A stretch of 39,587 nt of DNA from Oscillospiraceae bacterium (GTDB taxonomy: Bacteria; Bacillota; Clostridia; Oscillospirales; Ruminococcaceae). Each line of letters opens with the position of its first letter. The first letter of the stretch is position 1. This document shows positions 35,501-39,587 of the stretch, in pieces. The DNA is taken from positions 1 to 39,587 of the forward strand of contig JAQXNQ010000167.1 of the NCBI GenBank assembly GCA_029098085.1, in the 5' to 3' direction. Made by a program: the position numbers and the translations under genes. The notes under the pieces are model-generated. The model was not told the origin of the DNA and did no database searches. It worked only from the letters and a program-made list of their open reading frames with translations.

Positions 35501-37646
35501 CACGCTGGTCATCGAGTATCCAAGCAGCCTGCTGCCCAAAAACAACGAGAACTCCTTTGGCCCCGAGGCGCTGGGCACCATTGCATCCGCCATGGCCGCT
35601 CACTTTGGGGACACCAGCTTCGTGCTGCTGGATACCCCCGAAGGTATGGAAGCTCTGTTCAAGGCCCAGCCCGCCCTGCGCGGTCAGATGGCCCGTATCT
35701 TTGAGCTGGAGGACCTGACCCCGGTTCAGATGGAATCGATTTTCAGGGAAAAGACCCGGGACAGCATGATGTTTGAGGACAGCGTGGAGGAGCTGTTGAG
35801 TGACTTTTTCCTGAACTGGGTCAGCAATCGCGGCGGACTCGGCGATGCCAGCCGCAGCTGGGCCAATGGCATGGAAGTGGATCGTCTGATTGAAGACCTG
35901 AAGATAAACTGGAAAAACTCCGGCGGCCAGGCCGATGAGCAGACGGTCACCGAAAACGGACGCAGCTACCAGCTTGTCCGCCGGCGCATTCTGGCTGCTC
36001 ACTTCCCCCGGAAGGTGCAGCGGTATCTCAAGCGCACTTCGGTGGTATCCGAAAGCGCCCTGCAGGAGTTGCAGGCACTGCCCGGCCTGCACCGGGTGAA
36101 ACGCTCCGTCCAGGGCATCCAGCGGCGCATCCGGCGGCTGGGCCGCACCAACAGCAAGCCGGGCTGTTATCTCTACCTGGGCAATCCCGGCGTTGGCAAG
36201 ACCACCGTGGCCCGTTTGATGGGCGGTGTGCTGCACGCCGCCGGCGTCCTGAGCCAGGGACACGTCATCGAGCGAACCGCCCGTCAGATCGGCGATCAGC
36301 TGAATGAGTTCGACTCCATCCTCAAACTGGCCCGCGGCGGTATCCTGTTTATTGATGAGGCTCACCAGCTGGCTGAGCCGCAGAATTACTGGGGCCGGGA
36401 AATTATCAAGCGCCTGCTGACCGTGCTGGAGGACGATGCGGTGACCAACGCCACCTGTATCATCCTGGCCGGCTATCCCCAGTCCATGATACGTCTGCTG
36501 GAGCAGGATGAAGGTCTGGCCAGCCGGTTCGGCTCCGAAGACAACATCATTGTGTTCGATGACTACACCGCTGACGAACTGATGCAGGTGATGGAGCATA
36601 TGGCGGCCCGGGCCGATCGCATTCCCAGCATCGGCGCGGTTCGTCCGCTGGTCACCAATGAAGAGTTCCGCCGGCATACCCGTGCAGTGTTCGAAGCCGT
36701 GCTGGCCCGCGGCGACCACGATTTCGGAAACGCCCGCTTTGTGCGCACCTATCTGCACGATGCCCTGAACGCTCAGCTGGAGCGGATGGATCGCGAGTAT
36801 GGCGAGATCGACGATCCGCCCGCCGATGTGGCCGATCTGCTGACCGAACAGGACATCCCGGAGCGGTACCGCCATCTGGCGGAGGAATCCCGGCGCCAGT
36901 ATGCGGCTCCGGATCCCGCCCGGATGGACACCCGGCGCGGTGCGGAGGTGGACGAGCTGAGCTACGACGCGGCCTGCGAACAGCTGTCCCGGAGCGTCGT
37001 GCTGCTGGAGATTACACGGGGCGGCCGGAAGACCGGTACGGCCACCGGCACCATTGTCACCTCCGATGGTCTGGTGCTCACCTGCGCCCATGTGATTCGG
37101 GGAGCGGAGCGCATTCGCGCCCGGGTATACTGTCCCGGCGCACCGGGCGGCGACACCCGCTGGTTTGACAGCCGGCTGCTGGAACCGGTGTGCAGCGACT
37201 GTGACATGGCCATGCTGCAGTTGGATGGCAATCATTTTGTGCCCGCGCCGCTGCGCCCGCTGGATCAGCCGCCGGCGGCCGGCGAGCGAACCCTGATTCT
37301 GGGCTACCCGCTGGGCGGCATGCTGGCCGGCGGTGACAGAGACGCTCTGCGCATCAGCAATTTCTCCGGCCGCGTGGCCTCCTGCCAGCTGGTAGGCTCG
37401 GTGGAGCGATGCTATGTGGACAGCACCGGCCTCCACGGCAACTCCGGCAGCCCGGTCTTTTCGATGACGGACCGGCGGGTGATCGGCGTTTTTTCCGGCT
37501 CGATCATCCCCCGTCAGGAAGGCTCGCTGGATGAGTTGAACTATTTCCATCCGCTGCACTATTTCTGGGAGCGGTTTGCCGCCCAGCAGCCGTCTGTACA
37601 ACCCGGTGCGGCAGAAGAGGAGGAGAACAATGGCAGTGAAAACTGA
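32574..37646 (+). CDS. 1690-aa multi-AAA+ (SpoVK/CbbX-type) ATPase fused to a C-terminal trypsin-like serine protease
   Basis: Intact modules: GSAGTGKT/VLFIDEA (Walker A nt 33660..), GPPGTGKT/VFFLDEA (nt 34461..) and GNPGVGKT/ILFIDEA (nt 36180..). One degenerate module has GPSGCGRH/TLVIEYP (nt 35325..). The CbbX-type signature DLV(S/A)GYV(N/G)(H/Q)TA is present. The protease triad is TCAH(1506)V, D(1544)MAMLQL and GNS(1624)GSP (Ser codon at nt 37443). Confidence 0.85.
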   Translation: MLSRNNSYFDPQLCIDGHYIITGRTNDRFCSDTLELTDILPVLHHYLLYEQGFDAVFFLDNENMLFCLDRHSFDVLTLPPDAPEAGAVRTGAVSADGPLGRRRRRNAAPEAAAGRQQDAARPLNMGRMSLQSAWQQVSGVMKHTEARCALVISNANMMKGGEQLLLELSSFYSTNHSVVLYLFRETTLNNVAEWTTFARNVLLPRITTTDPIANRVISLSSPNSREVRNLLNRLRFDPGTPVPVQAGDIPELGSILAASCARNNWGLVDLLGRLYGYASAHPDRTLTLDNWREYTEETSYRSAMEELEAMVGQEKVKQQLRAMRADQECRGEMRIEPLSSSRFAPLPVYNRRLGHSLNVRLKGSAGTGKTTIAQVIGRIYYDLGLLSRSYVRECSAADLVSGYVNHTAEQVRQLVQEAMGGVLFIDEAYALMDGQHGQEAINQLVHDMSAYEGQFAVILAGYSHQIDQLMRTNEGLSSRFPNEYVLEDYTPAEMQAIFRRMAARELPPVTFSPSLEARMDDFFETWVSGRGPNWGNARECQNLLPEMKKLCSLREAALQVRGRSYCLTEADVPERLRHCLEPRSNGPSETMARIDAMIGLGGIKRFLRHLVQRILMGEREQGPGNFIFFGPPGTGKTTVARQMGELLGLLRVLPRRHVVECRAADLLNGSVQLSEAVESARGGVFFLDEAHQLAETDHGQQIIRALVPLVEDPDIRADTCFICAGYADRMRHFLSADAGMNRRFPLQNRIRFYDYTAEELVQILEKMARDRGQEPDEEYLQRSLAALDAYMPRRPADFGNAGFIRDTFLPGSIDARTRRLNIQITGSPDAIATDEQLASLTEQDRRRLTAFDLPEDFARMAGPVGRRPSARLSAWQRVQALLGKDEIISFARARAFGSGERQFFDAQTQGGLHYAITGPSGCGRHTAVRALAALWREAGLLERDDVIFAGNGDLVAGYVGQTAGKTQRVIEQAVGGTLVIEYPSSLLPKNNENSFGPEALGTIASAMAAHFGDTSFVLLDTPEGMEALFKAQPALRGQMARIFELEDLTPVQMESIFREKTRDSMMFEDSVEELLSDFFLNWVSNRGGLGDASRSWANGMEVDRLIEDLKINWKNSGGQADEQTVTENGRSYQLVRRRILAAHFPRKVQRYLKRTSVVSESALQELQALPGLHRVKRSVQGIQRRIRRLGRTNSKPGCYLYLGNPGVGKTTVARLMGGVLHAAGVLSQGHVIERTARQIGDQLNEFDSILKLARGGILFIDEAHQLAEPQNYWGREIIKRLLTVLEDDAVTNATCIILAGYPQSMIRLLEQDEGLASRFGSEDNIIVFDDYTADELMQVMEHMAARADRIPSIGAVRPLVTNEEFRRHTRAVFEAVLARGDHDFGNARFVRTYLHDALNAQLERMDREYGEIDDPPADVADLLTEQDIPERYRHLAEESRRQYAAPDPARMDTRRGAEVDELSYDAACEQLSRSVVLLEITRGGRKTGTATGTIVTSDGLVLTCAHVIRGAERIRARVYCPGAPGGDTRWFDSRLLEPVCSDCDMAMLQLDGNHFVPAPLRPLDQPPAAGERTLILGYPLGGMLAGGDRDALRISNFSGRVASCQLVGSVERCYVDSTGLHGNSGSPVFSMTDRRVIGVFSGSIIPRQEGSLDELNYFHPLHYFWERFAAQQPSVQPGAAEEEENNGSEN

Positions 37647-38706
37647 TCTGTGTCCGGTGTGCGGCCGCCCTGCGGCCATGGAAGCATCCGACGTATGGGG
37701 CTGCCCGGAATGCGGGTTCGCTTATTCGCAGGTCAAGCGGTTTGCAGGCAGCGGCGCGCTGGCAGTATGGCGGCAGGCCGCTGCCAGGGAAAAACGCCGT
37801 CTTGCGGAACGGGTGATCGGGCTGTGTGCCCGGCAGCCGGTATTTGGCTTCAGCGGCGGGTCTTTGACCTTCACCTCGCCCCAGGATGGCCGGCTGTATC
37901 TGGTGGAAGCCGGCGGGGTTCGTCCCCAACGGCCTGAAGTGCGCCAGTACAGTGCGCCCGAAAATGCGCTGCGAAATAAGGTGTTTCTGCTCTCGGACGG
38001 CCGTCTGGAGGCAGAAGGGGACGACGAATACGGCCAGTGCAGAACCGGGAATCTCCATGACATCCGCCGGGTGCTGGCCACACCACGCTGCACCTACGCC
38101 GTCACCAATGAGGGGAATGTGCAGTGCTGCGGCGAGCCTTTTTCGCCCGCCGTGGCCGGTTGGAAAAACGTACAGGAACTGGCCGCCGGCGCCTACCATC
38201 TGGTGGGCCTGACCGGTGACGGGAGGGTGCTGGCGGCGGGCGATATGCTGAACAGCGCTGTCGCTGCCGAGATTGCAGGCTGGCGGGAGATCACCGCCAT
38301 TGCCTGTGCCGGAGATGCCACCATCGGTCTGTGCAGGGATGGCACCGTCCGTTTTGCGGGGCGCCCCGGCGATCCGCGCGAAGCGGTGCGCGACTGGAGC
38401 GGGATCGCGGCCATTGCCATCGAGAGCGTCTACGCGGCAGGTCTGACGGCTGACGGCCGGGTACTGCTGGCAGGCAGAAATTTCAATGATGACCTGGATC
38501 TGGGCCGCAGAGAGGCCGCCGGCTGGACTGACGTGGCGGCCATCACCTGCAGCCGTTCCGGTATTGCCGCGCTGGGCGTGGATGGCTCTGTCCGGCTGGC
38601 CGGCAATATCCGGGACATCGGCAGACTGAAAAGCGCATGGGACTCTTTTTCGGATACGGTGCGCAGCCAGCTGCTGCAGGCCGTTATGATCTTGCCTTTT
38701 GTTTGA
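37630..38706 (+). CDS. Zinc-ribbon plus RCC1-like repeat (beta-propeller) protein
   Basis: ATG 37630 follows GGAGGAG and overlaps the last 17 nt of the giant gene. The N-terminus has CPVCG..x13..CPECG. It then carries about 6 repeats of the type AAGAYHLVGLTGDGRVLAAG, CAGDATIGLCRDGTVRFAG, ESVYAAGLTADGRVLLAG and CSRSGIAALGVDGSVRLAG, plus GDDEYGQC. Confidence 0.75.
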   Translation: MAVKTDLCPVCGRPAAMEASDVWGCPECGFAYSQVKRFAGSGALAVWRQAAAREKRRLAERVIGLCARQPVFGFSGGSLTFTSPQDGRLYLVEAGGVRPQRPEVRQYSAPENALRNKVFLLSDGRLEAEGDDEYGQCRTGNLHDIRRVLATPRCTYAVTNEGNVQCCGEPFSPAVAGWKNVQELAAGAYHLVGLTGDGRVLAAGDMLNSAVAAEIAGWREITAIACAGDATIGLCRDGTVRFAGRPGDPREAVRDWSGIAAIAIESVYAAGLTADGRVLLAGRNFNDDLDLGRREAAGWTDVAAITCSRSGIAALGVDGSVRLAGNIRDIGRLKSAWDSFSDTVRSQLLQAVMILPFV

Positions 38707-38811
38707 GCGGAGCTTTGGTATTGGATAAACGAAAGCGTACACAGAACCAAATCATTATAATCACCCGTCAAACGGGTGATTTGCACAAAGGATAAAAGCC
38801 TTTTCATACCG

Positions 38812-38845
38812 GCCAGCGCCTCAAGGTGCTGGCTTTCACTTTGTT
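38812..38845 (+). terminator. Rho-independent terminator ending the 10-gene operon
   Basis: GCCAGC (38812-38817) pairs with GCTGGC (38828-38833) and is followed by TTTCACTTTGTT. An additional 9-bp hairpin, AATCACCCG/CGGGTGATT, lies at 38759-38781. Confidence 0.65.
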
Positions 38846-38878
38846 AAAGCCTATTGCCATTGTCGCTTTTGCGGCTCC

Positions 38879-39370
38879 TTAAAGAGCGGTGGTATTACTT
38901 TCCCCCTTAAGAGGGGCTTGGTATTGTGAAAGGAATACGGACATCATCTCCAACTGGCTGAGTACCACATCCCAATTCCAGCATCTGGTACGCCAAGGCC
39001 TGACGATTCGCTGGGAGGCCAGATGCAGCATCCGGCGTAGGAAATCGTCGTTTGTGAAGGACGGTTTGTTGCTGGCGATCTGCCGGAATTGCCGGTTCAG
39101 GCCTTCAATGATGTTTGTCGGGTGTATGATTCTTTGAATATCCGGCGGATATTTAAAAAAGGTATTCAGAACTTTCAAGTTGTTTTCTCAGCTCCTGACA
39201 CAGGAAGGATATGCTTTCTTCAGACGTTCCCAAAGATACGCAGGTTTTTTCACTTCATCCAGCGTGACAGCAGTGTAGACTTTCTTCAGGTCTGCCACTA
39301 CCTTTTTGATATCCTTATCGAACGGAATGATATGACTGTCAGCGAATTTCCAGCCGTTTATTAGCAGGTT
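38879..39370 (-). pseudogene. IS256-family transposase remnant (C-terminal approximately 160 codons only, with an in-frame TGA)
   Basis: The minus-strand frame reads ..SHIIPFDKDIKKVVADLKKVYTAVTLDEVKKPAYLWERLKKAYPSCVRS*ENNLKVLNTFFKYPPDIQRIIHPTNIIEGLNRQFRQ..NDDFLRRMLHLA. This matches the conserved IS256 transposase C-terminus from memory. The TGA at 39188-39190 sits where IS256 transposases have Trp. The DDE N-terminal two-thirds is absent, and TAA TAA at 39371-39376 closes the frame. Confidence 0.75.
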
Positions 39371-39403
39371 TTATTAGCAAATCCGCAAAGGTGAACGAAC
39401 CGG

Positions 39404-39449
39404 AAAAGTAAAAGAAAGCCGAAAACCCTGATAAATCAAGGCTTTCGGC
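39404..39449 (-). terminator. Hairpin plus U-tract immediately downstream (minus strand) of the tRNA-like 3' end
   Basis: The minus strand reads GCCGAAAGCCTTGAT-tt-ATCAGGGTTTTCGGC, then TTTCTTTTACTTTT. On the + strand the arms are 39418-39432 and 39435-49, with 13/15 bases pairing. Confidence 0.55.
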
Positions 39450-39457
39450 GTGATTCC

Positions 39458-39512
39458 TGGCGTCCCCGGCGCGATTCGAACGCGCGGCCTTCCGCTTAGG
39501 AGCGTAGGCGGA
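39458..39512 (-). other. tRNA-like 3' fragment (anticodon-arm-like element, T-arm, acceptor 3' strand, CCA); not an intact tRNA; possible att-site remnant
   Basis: The minus strand reads TCCGC-ctacg-CTCCTAA-GCGGA AGGCC GCGCG-TTCGAAT-CGCGC CGGGGAC G CCA. The T-arm with its TTCGAAT loop is perfect, and an encoded CCA is present. The anticodon-like loop has CCT (Arg) if the 5-nt insert is ignored. No complementary 5' acceptor strand (GTCCCCG) or D-arm exists in the 130 nt upstream. Confidence 0.5.
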
Positions 39513-39587
39513 GGGTAGCATTTTTCTGTCAATCCGAGTCACGAAAAGTACCGATGAATCAAGGCTTTTTTCGGTTTCCGAGTCAAG

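Noticed and set aside
39089-39542. ORFs 39089-39364(+) and 39339-39542(-) from the six-frame track.
   Set aside because: The first is the antisense shadow of the IS256 transposase remnant. The second runs across the tRNA-like fragment and its terminator hairpin. Neither has an RBS or protein-like composition.
39458-39545. An intact tRNA gene on the minus strand, suggested by the perfect T-arm, acceptor 3' strand and CCA.
   Set aside because: No complementary 5' acceptor strand (GTCCCCG) or D-arm is present upstream. The anticodon stem encloses a 12-nt loop. It is therefore called only as a tRNA-like 3' fragment.

Overview
This window looks like a Gram-positive, Clostridia-like gut Firmicute chromosome or island. 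That is an inference from GGAGG-type RBSs, many lipobox lipoproteins, choline-binding-type cell-wall repeats and SpoVK/CbbX-type AAA+ modules. GC is moderate to high: my spot counts of single 60-nt lines gave about 53% in the first gene and about 62-77% in the right half.

Left part (1-17.9 kb, all + strand): a 5'-truncated giant surface protein, then an envelope-oriented accessory block. The block holds a transglutaminase-like lipoprotein, a DUF2442-like gene, five paralogous lipoproteins, LemA + DUF2207, tandemly duplicated DUF4234 genes, a second LemA interrupted by one in-frame TAG, a DUF3137-like gene and a small membrane protein. It ends at a bidirectional terminator.

Right part (18.0-38.7 kb): two divergent operons share an AT-rich control region at about 23.03-23.23 kb.
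(a) Minus strand: small protein, HExxH zincin with a long D/G-rich repeat tail, soluble VirD4/TraG-like (T4CP-like) P-loop ATPase, an apparently inactivated paralog of that ATPase, and a zinc-ribbon membrane protein.
(b) Plus strand: a tightly coupled 10-gene, 15.5-kb operon. It encodes an XRE regulator, two lidless Hsp70-like ATPases, a GrpE-like coiled-coil protein, an unknown protein, a coiled-coil protein, an NrdG-like radical-SAM activase, a second coiled-coil protein, a 1690-aa protein with 4-5 AAA+ modules fused to a trypsin-like protease, and a zinc-ribbon/RCC1-repeat protein.

Operon (b) is my main candidate for an undescribed NTPase/chaperone-centred conflict system. Operon (a) is a second candidate.

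Right edge (38.7-39.6 kb): terminators, a truncated IS256-family transposase remnant carrying an in-frame TGA, and a tRNA-like 3' fragment with duplicated flanking hairpins. This is consistent with an island or rearrangement boundary.

I saw no CRISPR array, no rRNA and no intact tRNA. All family assignments come from motif recognition by eye and need HMM or structure searches to confirm.
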